Source: Antedon mediterranea (lineage: Eukaryota > Animalia > Echinodermata). From it: a stretch of 64,000 bases of DNA. Shown piece by piece: positions 38,739-53,300 of the stretch (position 1 is its first letter; every line of letters begins with the position of its first letter). The position numbers and the translations under genes were made by a program. Below the pieces are notes generated by a model that made no database searches, had not been told where the DNA came from, and worked only from the letters and a program-made list of their open reading frames with translations. The stretch lies in the NCBI RefSeq assembly GCF_964355755.1, contig NC_092674.1, positions 12,152,001 to 12,216,000 of the forward strand. The letters are read 5' to 3'.

Positions 38739-40931
38739 CAAGAAATATTTCTTACAAAAAACGCCGCGTAACTTTTTGACTGGGCAGTTGTAAGAACAGT
38801 CTTCATTAATCTAATATAATAGGTCGGCCAATCAAAACGCAAGTGAACAATTGGGACTTTACTTGTGATTTATGTCATTGGCCTGTCAGCACAGTCGTTT
38901 CTTTCTAGAATTAAACGCACAAACTTGTATTGGGAATAATGTATGTGGTTATTACTATCGCATTTAGGTATTGATAATAATAATAATATGGCTTTTGAAT
39001 ATATAATTACTGTCTGTAGAATAACATTTATACATTTTCGGTTCGCGATCAAAAGTTATATGAATGGATTTGCAATAGGTATTTATAATAATAGTATATG
39101 GGTTGTATTATTGCTAAGCTATCACCAAATCGCGTTATAACATTATTTCTCAGGGTTTTGTGCACCATTGATCAATACCAAACGCGTATCGGTATTATAG
39201 TTTTTAATGAATCATTACATTAATAAAAATACCCAATTAAATCAATCGCGTCAGTCCAATTCCGACTTATGTTTCGATCACATAGTTCTGTGTCTACACT
39301 GTCCCAACTAGTTTAACAAAAAAAGTGTGATGTGCCCAAATATTATGGTAGTGATATGCCCGAATATCGTAGTGATATGACATCGTCATGTCTATATAAT
39401 ATGGGCACATCATAATCATATTTAGTTTGATAGTATAGACAAAGCTTAAGGATTATATTTAAAAAATGTTTTCTTACATTTTGAACGGAAGTATTTATTT
39501 GTTTATAAGCCAAATTTTCCAGTCCTAATTTTACATTTTGAAAAAAAGTATTTTATTTGTTGATAAAGCCCAATTGTGCAGTCTTATTTTACATTTTGAA
39601 CGAAAGTATTTATTTGTTGATAAGCCCAATTTTGCATTCTTATTTTACATTTTAAATGAAAGTATTTATTTGTTGATAAGCCGAATTTTCCAGTTTAATA
39701 ATAATGACCCCTTCCACAGTGCTTATACCATATACATTTTACATGATATTGACCGTGGGTTCTTTACGCCTCTGATGCATTTGTTTTTATTGTACCTTTT
39801 TAATAAATTATTATATGTTTAGGCCTAATCACACCCAATTTAATGAAACGGTCAGATTCCGATTTCAATTGAACGAAAGTAGTACTGTATTTATTATTCA
39901 TTGATAAGCCAAGGGTCCCATGGCGTTAGCTGATATCTTGAGCATTTGACTCTTGTGTGAACCTGTAACACAAATCATTCTTCAAAATCTAAAGAAAGAA
40001 CCTCACACGTCTTTTTTGTGAGTGATACACTATGGATATGCCCACGGAAATAATATGTGGACATTGCAAATAATCATAGGCCTACAGTAACAAACATAGA
40101 ATGGCTAATAAGCATAACATTCAGACTTGCTTGTTTTCTAGTGGATTTTTATTTACTTTAGCATGTAGAATAAAACTAGTAACAGTGGCTATATTAATAA
40201 TTATACTGATTATCCTTGATGTTATCGCGTCTAATAATAAAATATTTTGTTGTTGATAAGCCCAATTTTTCAGCCTTGATTTTACATTTTGAACGAAAGT
40301 ATTTATTTGTTTATAAGCCCAATTTTGCAGTCTTAATAATGACCCTTCCACAGTGCATTTTACATGATATTGACCGAGGGTTTTTACGCCTCTATAGCCA
40401 CTGATCAATACCATAATTAATGCACTTTTTTAAATGAATATTGAAATGTTTCAACATACCCAATTCAAAAAAACGGTCCGTTTTCGAGTTCAATCTTTTG
40501 ATTAGAGAGGTTGGAGTTTCATTTTGAATTATAACATTGGCCTAGATTGACAGTCATAAAAAAGAAAGTCATTGTAAATACTTCCCTTTATGTTGACAGA
40601 GCCAAAATAAAGTTTTGACCATTATCGAATGATTATTTGACAGTGACTTATTATAATACCGGCCTGGTTGACAGCAAAAACGAAGTTATTATTTATTAAA
40701 CAAGATTTTACAGATTTCCGTCTACATCTCAATAATACTGTATTATCAGCAAAGGCTTTCATATAGACTCTCTTCTCCCAGACGTTTTTTGGGTCCAGCA
40801 GCTACCTATAAATTATAGTCGAGTTTCCAAATTCACAAAACTGTCAGCCTTAGATACTAAAGCTACCGCTATGAAACAGCTTATTAATGAATGTGTCCTC
40901 CTGGGACATAGCTGGCTAGAGCCGCGGCGCG
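38739..40931 (-). mobile_element. Helentron-associated (HINE-like) element, copy 2 (contiguous, ~2.2 kb)
   Basis: High-identity match to 6138-7919 + 9178-9300 + 16714-16989. Palindrome at 38740-38753, subterminal IR CGCCGCG/CGCGGCG, A-run flanks. Confidence 0.75.
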
Positions 40932-41123
40932 AAAAAATTCCTATATTTTGACCTTGTTTGACCTCTTGACCACATAAACTGACCTTAAAACCCAAAACTG
41001 AAGATGGCATCCACCCTATCGTTTTTATCCCCACAAAGGATACATTCAACATGGTTGCCTGCTATTAACAAAAAATTCCCCCCCCCCCCCACCCCAAACT
41101 TTTTATAGTTGGCCTCTCTACTA

Positions 41124-41341
41124 TAAGTGCATACTTTACTGTCTACAACTTTTGGCATACGATGATACGCAAAACAATGAAACGTCTACCGCCCTCAGGT
41201 GGCAAGCAAAGCGAGAGCTAGGGCTTGACTTATTATTAGCCAAGCCACTATACTCTCTCCTCTACTAACTACACTCGCTGCTGCTACACTGATGACCCGT
41301 CCCCGTCCTGTTGTAAATGATGATGTTGTGATTAAATTATT
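41124..41341 (+). promoter_or_regulatory. Probable MED12 proximal promoter/5' UTR with CTCF-like motif
   Basis: Relatively GC/CpG-rich 218 bp between a transposon end and the ATG. CCCTCAGGTGGCA (41192-41204) resembles the CTCF core; GC-box-like CCGTCCCCGTCC at ~41297. Confidence 0.45.
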
Positions 41342-44300
41342 ATGGCGTCTTATAAACATCAAGAAGGAAGACCATTAAAAAGACCAAGATTGGGACCTCC
41401 AGATGTTTATCCACAAGATCCAAAACAAAAAGAAGTAAATAACCAGTTACTTTTACATTTATTCGTGAAGCACCTGCCTGAACATACTTTTTTTATTAGG
41501 AGTAATTACTGTAAATATTCTAGGCCTAGGCCTAGGCTAGGCCTACTATAGGCTAGGCTAAGTAAGCTATACAAGGCCTAGTTTACTAGGCCTAGCTAGG
41601 AGAGAAACACAGTCAAAGTCTAATTAAACCTTATATTATAGTACCTTGGGCCTAGGCTATATTATTAATAAATATTAGGCTATATAGGTGTTCAAGTATG
41701 GAATCCGTATCTTCAAAAGGACATACCTAGCTAGGCCTAGCCTAAATGTAATTGAAAGAGTACAACGTCGTGCGACTAAATTAGTTCCATGTATCCGTTC
41801 ATATTCATATGATTGAAGATCGACTAAAGCTTCTTGCCCTTGGCCTAACAACCTTGTACGACAGAAGAATTCGAGGTGACCTGATTGAAGCATATAAAAT
41901 TGTTAAAGACCCCTTCCCTGCAATTTTGGACGTTTTTTGGAAAATAATACATATATATCACTTTAAAAACATTAAACCATGTCATTCCTTGTCTTAAATG
42001 TTGTACGTTTTATGGTAAATTATGATAAAAAGTGAGAAACAATGCACTACCTAAGTAGCTCGCGGCGATCGAACTCTCGTGGACGGTCTCAGGCCTAGCC
42101 TAGCTAGGCTTAGTTTTGTAGGCCTAGCTGGTAAACATCGGTAACGTTCGAACATCGTACGCTAGCTATATACCTAGCCTGACGTTGTATAGTTGCTGCA
42201 TTAATTGTCTTTCTATTTTTGCCAGACTCCGTTGATACAAATTGGGGAACACCCGGTATTTTCGCTGAAAAGTTAGGAGTCTTCCATTTGTTTTGGCTTT
42301 ACGATCAATCGAAAAGTGGGCGAATTACAGGTGAAAAACAAAAATATCAATCCGCGCGCAATGCATTTTGGGATTTATAGCGGGCCGCTATAATTATTAA
42401 AATCGATTTATTTTTCACATTTTTAACCGTTTAAAGACGAAAAAAGTTATCGCAATAGGACCATATAGTATTATTTTTACATTAAATATAGTTTGTGATC
42501 TTAAATTAGATCTAAAAAATGTAGGGAATGGGGCTTTAAAGATTTCGAGGGTGTAGCCAAGGATGACTTTTTCCAAATGAGAAGTAACATTAATTAGCCG
42601 AACTACTCGAGGACATCACCTGAGATTTTTCAAGCCTATGTTCCATAAAGGATTGAACTGTAGAAGACATACCTTCTCGCAACGAGTAATAAACCATTGG
42701 AACAGTTTACCAGCTGACGTTGTTAATTCTGAGATCACTAACACCTTCAAGAATCGCATCGACACAATGTAGTTGATATGGGGTTAAAAAGGCATTCGCC
42801 TAAACTTTCCCATTATAACTAAACTAAACTAGGCCTAGAGGGCCTAGGCCTATATACTTTTCTAGCTACGCTAGGCTAGGCATTGCTTGTTGTTGGAATC
42901 CTTGTTGTGGGCCTCTGTGGTTGTTGTTGTCCTAGGCCTATTTATTAGGGGTCTCTGTTCTCCAAAAAAATAGACCCCAACAAAAACTTTTCAATAGCGT
43001 TTAATATAATATCGAAGATTTCCTTGCGCAATTTAAATCAAATTTACTTTTGATTGCGCAGATAATTTAAAATAAAAGTAAACAATGTGTTTAAAAAGAT
43101 AGTAAAAGATTAACATGTTATTATAATTTAGCAACACAATGTTGTGCAGATTCAAATTTCACAACGAAAAATTGTTGTACTATTTTATTTTAAGTTGTGC
43201 ATAACATTTTGCATTCGCCCAAGGTTATACCAATATTCATACCTACATATTCATACCTACTTCATTACTATTATCCTGATGTTGATTAAACTGATTTTTG
43301 TTATAGGAAATGATTTGTACATTTTAGTTTAACATAAGAACTGTTTCCATGATGCGATGTTTGCACATTATTGGATTAAACATTTTTACAGATTTGTACA
43401 TTTGAGGGTGCCATTAACAAACCCTCAACAAACACTTTTCAACACTAGTTAATGTAAGGGATTTTAAAACTTCTCAATATTATGTTATATACCGTAGGGT
43501 CTTTGTTTTGAAGATTTTTTGAAAAAAAAAGAGACGTCCAAAAATGGTCTTTGCTACTGTAGGCTTGGAGGGTTTTGAATTTATTAACATTACTGTATTT
43601 TATTTCTAGGATGAATTAACAACTAGCAATGTTAAACAAGGTTTTACTAATCAGCCCAGCTTCTCTGATGAGGTAAGTAAAGTATTTGGTAACATCATCA
43701 ATTTATAAATACAACAATAGGCCTAATAAATTTAACACAATTTTGAGATAATACTGTCATTAAAATTATTTATAAAAAAATAAACACCCAGCTTTGAATT
43801 AATTTCTCCCTAGAATAAACTCTACCCTAACACAATTACTGTATAATTATTATAACATATTTCTATTTTTGGTAGAATTCATTGACTTCCATGATTTACC
43901 TAGATTTACCAAGCATTTTGTTACACTTTTTACTGTATTTTATCACTTCTTGATATTTAATTGTGTTGTCAAAATTAATTATTTTATTTAGCATTAAGGT
44001 GGCACATTCAACAACAAAAAATGCTTTACTGAATGCTAATATGGAATATTATGTAATTCTTGATTATGACATTTTTTTCTTCAGACGGGGACTGCCAGAA
44101 ATAGTCACATTAATCATGCTAAGGTAACACAATAATTTATAGTTATACATGTTAAAAATTAATTAAATAGTAAATTGAAATCATTGTCCTACTACTGAAG
44201 GTTGTTATTTTTGTTACTACTTTTTATAGTACTTGCTGCTTTGTTTGTTTGTGCGTGCACAATAGTGTCCACAATTTTTAAGTTATCGTCCTGAATTTTT

Positions 44301-47300
44301 GGGTGTTAATAGGTATATACACAGAACATGCCAATTAATTTGCAAGAAAATTCATATATATTGGTCAGTCACAAAAGCTTATTAATATCTTACTTACTTG
44401 TATCTTTCATATAGCAAGCCCTCTGTATTCTTTTAACATGGCCCAAAATATTACCATGCGCCCTCTGTGGCAAAAAAAATAAATACTTCACTCAGTTTCG
44501 AAGTGCTTTCATTTAACTTGTAAATTAATTATTTTTCTAGTATTTTGTTCAATTTTTTTTTTCATTTAGATTGAACATATCATTATCAACTTGTGTTTTA
44601 TTTTAATATATGTTTTTTATGTTTGCAGTTTGGCACATATTTCAGTGGCATAGTTGCAGAGAAACAAAAGTTAAACACTCTGCAAGATGGAGGACGAAGA
44701 AAAGTATTAGTATCGAGGGAAAATTTTTGGAATGTAAGTTACTAAATAAAAACATACAAAAACTTGTCACAGTGATTAATTAAACAATTTTGTATTAGTT
44801 CATTCAGGCATCCTTCAGTAAAAAATGTACATGTACAAATACATCGGACAGACAACAAGGTTGAAGCGGCCTCCTCAAGTATGCCCGAGCAAAGTATACT
44901 GTATGGAACTCATAATTCTCTGGTATTGCTAGTAGAATTAATTTGAAATGGAGACCAGTTCCAATACTAGTAGTACACCAAATGTTATTAAGATGCAGCA
45001 CTGTTTTTGTGGATTTTCCACTGTATGGATTTTTTTTTATAATGGATTAATTCTAATCAATGAATTTTTTAAACTTTTAGGTTACACAAAGAAACACTAG
45101 TAGTATGCATACATGGTTTCAAGATTTGGCTGGAATACGCCCACTTGCCATACTTGCTAAGAAAGTAAGTTGATTGTTGTTTTCTTAAACCAAAAATAGC
45201 AGCTTTTTGCATTTTCAGTTATTGAAAAAGTGTTATTTGTTCCATGTCAGTTGCCTTTAACTTTATAGCAGGTCCTAGATTACCAAGACTTCACTGATAC
45301 TGCCTGGAGCTCATTGAGATCAAATCCTATTTTTAAATGGTACAAATATGAGAAATCAATATCTGCTTGTGGATGCAATAATATTTCAGTTTGATAGTGT
45401 TGTTACCATTTCTGTTTTGTTTTTTGGTTAATTTTTTGCAGGTTCCATTATTTCACCGCAAGGAAGAAATATTCCGGATGCTTGCAGAACACCAAGTTCC
45501 CATGATACGTGCTACATGGCTTCTTAAGATGACCCATGCATCTACACAAGCTATTACAGATTCTAAAGTTAGGCCGAAACGTGCACAGAGTGATCCATCT
45601 ATTGGTAAATATTAGCAGAATTATTATGTTTTTTTGTTTTATATAGTTACAACTAAAATTGATTGACGATTAAATGGCTCAGGTTAAGATAATCCGACTC
45701 CACCCCTATCTTTTGACATTAAGAAATACCCTGGTATTGGGGTATTGCCAGGAGTTGGACCCAGAACCCTTGGATTGATAAGGACACATAACCGCCAAAT
45801 GTCATGAAATCTCAAAAGTTCATGTGACCAGCATAAACTGCTTAAAACAGAGATAATCAACCTGTAGCCACTACAGTAGATCTTTTATGAAGGGGACACC
45901 TCAACCCCAGGGACCCAAGAAAGTGTCTCTCTAATAAGGATATCCCCTGACAGGGGGTTTACCCAGAATAGGAGTTGGCCATAGTGTTGATGTATTACCC
46001 CTCATTCACTTTTTTTGGAAAGTGTCTTTTAATATATGATTCCTAAATAGGAGTTTCCTAAAAGTTCTACATACAAAAGAGACAGCAACTTCTATTTCTT
46101 TTTCAGAGTGGTGCCAAGTGATTACAAGGTTTCTCAAGGAAATTTTAAGCAAAATTGCTGATCCACATCAGACACCCAGTGGACCTAATCCTGTTTCAAC
46201 GCTTCAGACGCCAACGATTACTGATAGTGACACAGCACACAAGATGTGGGACTACATGACAACTCTAGCAAGATACTTGTATGAGGTAAGTATGTGACAT
46301 AACTGTGGCTTACTAAACCCGAGTGCGGGGTGGGGAGAGCTGGGTTGTTGGCCGAGTAAGTTGGGGTCTTCTCATCAAAGCTAGCGATTAATTTCAAAGT
46401 TAGCAATAAATTTCCCGATTAGCTAGTAAATAACTGAGCCTAATTGTATACTAACGAGTAAGTTTTTCCCTCTTACAGGAATGTATGCTAGATTGTCATG
46501 AGTATTTATCATGGCTTGTTGAAACGGTGGAAAAAGTTAATCCTAAAGACGACAATATTCTACGTCTTGTACTGCCGATAGTGATGCAGGTTAGTGATAA
46601 CAAAAAAAAAACTGACACATCCAATCCAAAATAATAAATAATAATCATTATTTTTCTCAATTTTTATTTCATGTAATAATATTTTAAACTTGCTGTATAT
46701 TTGTTTTTAATTTGTAGTATGTGGAAGAATTTTGTAAAGGTCAAATTCTGTCACGAAGGTTGGCTTACTTCTGTTGTCGTAAACTTGCTACCTTTTGTTC
46801 TGATGCTTGTAACCCACCGCAATCACCAACTTTGTTAAGCCCTGCAAACAGGTAATCACTTGTTATTATCATATATGTATAAATTTACTATTGATAATTA
46901 AGCTACTAGAATTTATAGTGTTTGGTGGTTAAGATGTTTGGTTACCGATCATAGCCCATCCTTATGATACCACCGCACAGGATTTTTCTCATGACCAAAA
47001 CAGTACTGCTAACTAAGCCTCATATGAGAATATTGTGTGTCTATTTGAATTTGTCTTATTTTAATTTAAACATTTAAAGGTTTTGGAAATGCCAGTAGCT
47101 GCTGGCTGCAATGTAATTTTAATTTTCTTGGACAATAAACACATTTTAACTATTATAACTGCGTAGATAAGTTAAGGGTTGGTGGGAGAAAATAAAACGG
47201 TACTTTCAGGTAGCCATGGGTTTTTGTGGGTGCTATGCTGAAATTAGGCTGGGTGGAAGAACTTAAAATAGCACTTAGGCTAGGTAGAAGACATTGAAGG

Positions 47301-50300
47301 TGAATGTTCCATGTTAAATTTATTATATTTCAACCCCTGTCATTGTGGACGAACAGGCACCGTTTGGTGGCAGCACTCGACACGAAGTGACCTTTAAGGG
47401 AGAACAAATTTGTGGTATGTGTCGTCCACACCTGTGCATAATTCAGCCCAGTAGGCTGCAAGTCACAGGTTATTCCCACATTTACATAATACTACAGTTA
47501 CTGCATTTTGTATACTCTTTAACTTTTTAACAATTATTTTTGTGCGAATGGATAAATCATATACACTCTTTTATTTCAATGACTGCATACACCTCTACAT
47601 TGAAACAAACTAGAGCCATACATTGTTGCAGTGACAAATTTAGTTAATTCAAAAGGAAAAGAAACCATTTGTTTACGCCTTACTGAGTTTTCCTCTTTCA
47701 CTTCTGTTAAGACATTATGCTTCTTTTTAACAAAATTCCCCATCCATAACTATGACAAAACTTGCCAACTTTTGTTACTCTATTATTTCCTTCTGTTGTG
47801 GATTTAGAATTGGGTGATACATTAAAATTCAACAGTTGTTTCAAGAGCTAAAACATCCACTTCATACATACATATTATTTTGTTTAATTATTTCCTCATA
47901 CCATTTGCTCAGAGTATTTCTTCCTTGTTTACACACTTATTTAATTTGGTATCCGCACAAGATTATGTCAGCTCTCTGTATGTTTATACTGTTTACTGAT
48001 ACAGATTTTTTTAATAAATTCCTCCCTGGATGTTTTTAATGTAAAACAAAAGTGAGTGAGTCCTGAGTAGTTGGTTAGTTGGTTTAAATAAGAAAAATAT
48101 AAAGTTCTCAATGTCAAGGAATTATTTGTTTAAGTTAATATTTTAAATTTATAATCTGTAAGCCAGCTGTATAGTAACTGAAATCAATATTATAAATATA
48201 TGAATTATTAAAATATCAATTAATTGATTGAAAGTCATCCACTCTATAGTGATTTTCAATGGTTGGGATCTGGAAGGCATTTAAGGGCTACACGCTGTAG
48301 AACAAAACGCTCCCTTAATTCTTTTGTTCCGTACTCAATTAGACATTTTAATAATCGTTGAATTTTGTTGCTATGTAATGTTATTGTATTATTACCTTTT
48401 AACTTTGAGCAATTGTATGTCACATGAATTTCCGTATGGACAAATAAAATGAACTATGAACTATGATTAGTATAGTAATATCAAATTTATTTCTTTAATC
48501 TATGGTTTGCCTGATTTTACATGCTAATGAAGGTGTATTGGTGTAGAGGGGGTGCGACTAAAAACTGTTGTATCTGATTGGATACTTTATGTAGCCATAT
48601 TCAATGAACCTCCATGGCAGCTTGTTTTTTTGTGTTTTTGCTGTGATTGTGTTTACAATCTAATTGTATAACATAATGGAAAACAAACCATTCTGACATG
48701 AGTTTTTAAAACTAAATATTTGTTTTCTTTCTTTCAGGTTTCAAGCTAATGCACTACCTCCAAGTTCATTATCAATGATTTTCTCCGAGTTCACAAACTG
48801 TGCACAGCATCGACCAATAGTTCTCTTCCTTAGCAGTATTGTACAAACTGTCACATTACAATGTCCTAGTGCCCTAGTTTGGATCAATGTAGGAGAGGCA
48901 AAAAACAGTAATATTCCAGGATCACCTCTGGACTTGCTTCCATGTGCTCCTTCCAGCTTACCTCTACCAAACCCACATAGCTTGCAGGCACAACAGGTCA
49001 GCAAATTGTACAATACATAATTCCATTGATCCATCCATACTGGCTCATATTCAATTTAAAAACTCTAATAATCAAAAGAGGCCAGATTTGGAGGTTTTAC
49101 TAACCATTGACATGCAGATTATGTATTAGTGGAGCTGTTGCTTGGTGGTTGACATGCTAATTGTAAAGTCCAGGGTTCAATCCACAAATGAGATTGAGTT
49201 TATAAAATAGTTTATCCATTCTGTAATTGCCAAATTGCTCGCTGCTGGATGATATGAAATTTAAGAAATAATAACTAAAAGCTAATTCTCATTCCTTAAA
49301 CTAATTGCTACATCTTAATGTATCATCTGTTATAAAGACTAAATATCAGATGTTCATAAAACATGTTCATAGGCCCATTCCCTACCTTAGGCTTGATCAG
49401 ACTTTATGTTTGATTCTGCCAGATGTCATCCCAGTAAATGGAAATCAATTTGACCTGATCATGAAGACCTAAAATTATCATTTCATCATTTGTTCAAGTT
49501 GTTATCCAGCTTTGTAAAATTGACCAGATGACCAAGCCCACACTCAATGTATGTGAATAGTATCTCTATATGGCATCATAGGTCCTAGGTCATCAAAAAA
49601 TCAAAAGCTCCATAAAGTGGGCCCTTATATACTGTACATAGTCATCATCTGATCATATAAAAGGATCTCACTGCCTACCTTTGCTAATTTTGCTAATCAA
49701 ATGAGTATACTAACAGTTAAAAAATACAGTATCAAATGTTTTATTAACATGAATTTGAAATATTATATCTTTAGATAAGAATAGGCCTTCGCAATTCAGA
49801 GATTCAAATCCGTTCCAGAAGCAGAGCGGCAGAACATCGATGGTCTACCGACAAGTCCCAGGAGTCAACAGCTGGTTTTACTATCAATAGAGTGCTGAAT
49901 ACGCTAGAAATTCTGGATCGGCACTACTTTGATCGGTGTGATTCCAACAACAGCTTAGACTCTCTCTACCACAAAATATTTTCAACCAATCAGAGTAAAG
50001 ATGGAAGTGATGTAAGTAATGTTTTGCTAAATATTTTATCATCAATATTGTAAAATCAAGATACCAATAGTGTTTACTTACAAATATGAAGGATATAATT
50101 AATCACAATTTAAAGTAATCCTCATCTTTTTAGTAAATTAGTTTAGCTTAAAGATGTATTAATAGTTATCCACTTTGACCAAAAATTGGATCGAGAAAAA
50201 AAATGTATTTACCTGAAAAAAATGTAATTTAAAGCAAAAAAATGGTCAAATTGGCTGCCAGCCAATGGATTTTTGGTTGAATTTAACCATTTATTTTGTC

Positions 50301-53300
50301 ATTTACATTTTTCTATGGTAGTAATTAACTTTATTAAAACCACAAAATAACATATTCAAAGTCTGATTTAATTAATCTTTATTTTTCATGTTTTTGGGGG
50401 ACAGTACATCTTTAATATTCCTATATTACTGAGCTCAAATCCTGTCAGATGTCAAGATTTGATCTGAGAGTCATGTTAGATAAGATTAAAAAAACTTAAA
50501 AAAACCACAACCCTAAAAGAGCATCTTTTGTATGTTTGTTCTGTGTACTAGGTTGTCACCTTTGAGAAGGAGAGTAAATCAATTCGGTTTTGCTATTTGA
50601 GAATAATAATGTAGTAATTTGTGTTCTTTTTGCATAATTTTTCTGTAATATTTTAGGTGATTATTAATGATAATCCAGTTGTTCAGCTTCTGTGTGAATG
50701 GGCAGTATGCCCTCAACGTACTGGAGAACATAGAGCACTCATAGTGGCAGAACTTCTTGAGAAAAGACAGATCGAGTTAGAAAATGGGGTAATATCCATT
50801 ATTTCACTTTTTTCTTTTTCATAACTTAAATGAAGTATTATATACTGATCTTGAGAGCTATATGTTTAAGATCTGATTACCATTGAGTGTAATATCCAAA
50901 TATACTACCATCTTAATTATTTCACAATAACTAAGATTACACACAAGACTAAACTAAAGATTAAATCACATTTATATTAATCAATTAATTTTGAATTAAT
51001 TACAGAAATCTGTAAGCGACACAGATATAATTGATGAGAAGACATCTATGTCTTCTATGGGAATGATGGGCAATGGTACACCTGCCTACCAGCATATACT
51101 ATTTCAGTTTTTAGACACACAAGCACCAGTATTAAGTAAGTATGCTGAATAGTGTTGACAATTTACACCCACAACAACACATTCATAAATATTTTAATTC
51201 ACACTTAAACGTCCTAAAGTGTTTATGAAATTTAGATTATGTTTGCATTATTTATAAACTAGAATATAATTGATCAACTTGCTATAATAGAGTATCTTTT
51301 GGACAAAGTGAAGTTGTGGAATTCTCAACACTGGGTTGTTGTATTACAATACAGTAACACCATTTGTGGAGTAATGTAAAGGTAGAGAGAAAAAACATTA
51401 CTTGAGGACTGTTGTACAACAACTGAAAAATGGAGACATCAACTTTGTGGAACTTGCTTTGTCTTTGTCAGCTTAAGATACATTCATTTTTGTCATTTTA
51501 GTCATTGGTTTTTGGTCATATGTGTTTCTATAGCTGGGATCCAAGGTGCCTGATTCCTGTGAAGACCAAGATTGAACTGTCCTAACCACAGTTCATTAGT
51601 TTAAGCCCTGGTTAGCGACTGGGAATTTAACCAAACTTAAGTTTGGGTGTACTTCAAACCTCACTTTACTATAAAAAAATTTTCATTTTATTTGTAACAT
51701 GTTTTATTTTCTAGTACCGGGGAATGAGGATAGCAAGAAATCTTTTGCAAATCTTGTGCTACTCTTCAGTGAATTAATCACATATGATATATTTTCACAT
51801 GACAAATACATGTGCAGATTAATTGCTCGTGGTGACCTATCAACAAGCTCATTGCCAATCAACATGATGGAGATAAAGACAGAAGATGAGGAGAAACATC
51901 AGAGTGTTAACAGACAGGTAAATCAGCTCAACTTTTTACTTAGAAATTAGTACTGTCAACTCTCCCAATACCAAACTCTCTGAAAACTTGAAACTTTTCC
52001 AAAACCAGATATCAGAATATCAGACTTTACAGAAAACTGGAAATATTAGCCTAGCTCATGCCCGCAATAAACATGCCCAAGAAACAATAATTAAAACATA
52101 TTTATATGCATATATATATAAGTCATTAATAATTTCCATAATATTTTACTTGCAGTATATAATGGTCAATACGTATTATACTGATTCAACAAATCTGCTT
52201 ATGAATCTGAAATTATAATATATGTATAAAAATTGTGGAGCTGTATCTTGGTGGTTAACGTGCTCGCCTTCCAATCCCAAGGTTCAGGGTTCAATCCTGA
52301 CCTAGTGCCAGGGTTGTAACCTACAACTCTTTTAACTCCAGTCCCTAAGCCTCAAAGAGACGTTTATAAGCAAGATAAGTTATTAAATCCATAAGTTTAT
52401 CCATTCTGTAATTGGGGGTTACTCGCTGTTGGGTGCTATGAAATAAAACAACATTTTAAAAGTCATGCTCATATATATAGATTATGTTTATACTTTAGTG
52501 TATGTATTGTTTTTTTACTACTTTAAAACAAATTTTATATAGGAAAAGATGGTAAAAATCAAAGAAGAAGTTGAAGATGATGACTATGAGGATTATGGAG
52601 ATGGCAGTGCTCGTAAGCAATCAACATCATTTCAAGATGTCTTCCAAGAAATGATATACTCAAATAAATTGAAGACAGAACCGGATACATCTGAAGAAAT
52701 AAATCATCAGCCAATGTCGGCACATCTCCCTCGCCACTTACAATACGCTACGCACTTTCCAATACCACAAGCTGAGATGGCTCTACATGATAGCAACCAG
52801 CGAATGGTGCTCTTGTATGGTTTCGGAAAAGGACGCGATGATGCGAGAAAGCAGATTAAAAGAATTCAGAAAGAACTAATGCGTATTGTCATGAACAAAA
52901 AAGAATCTGATAAACTCGACAGTAAGGCAAAGAAAATGAAATATGAGAGTATTTATGTACCTTTGTCGTTGTTTACAAAGTTTTCACAATTGTCATATTT
53001 TGATCAGCATATGTTGACCCAGACGTGTGTGTTGGCAATGACAGAACAACTGGCAAACGTCAACCAAGGCATTGGCTCAACCTTACCTTCAATTGAGCAT
53101 ATAAGCTTCATATTTGATTTGATGGAGAGTGCTTTGAATATTCATGGTCTTTTAGAATTCGCAATTCAGGTACACACCTTTTTTATGTTTGAACAGTCCA
53201 ATTCCATAACCAAAACTTTTATTTTGTAATTGGAATCAATGTTGGGAACATTTTATAAAGTTGATCTGACTCCTTAAAGTAAAGAAAAAGCATTTCATTA

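Larger units (their letters stand above)
35405..41123. mobile_element. Large degenerate TIR element (Academ-like TAG..CTA termini) containing nested insertions
   Basis: TAGTAGGGCGGCCA..TGTTAATAGCAGGCAACCATGT..GGTGGATGCC (35405-35520) is inverted at 41005-41123 (..ACATGGTTGCCTGCTATTAACA..TGGCCTCTCTACTA). AGGTCA-rich subterminal regions. Confidence 0.65.

Noticed and set aside
46449-46455. Perfect TACTAAC branch point before exon 8
   Set aside because: Real but an ordinary splicing signal, also present in the duplicate.
52238-52310. tRNA gene
   Set aside because: A/B boxes are present but there is no convincing cloverleaf, and it continues into a body shared with 49131-49260, as in a SINE.
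52549-53229. 226-aa ORF as a stand-alone gene
   Set aside because: It is MED12 exon 15 (52543-53169) reading into the intron.
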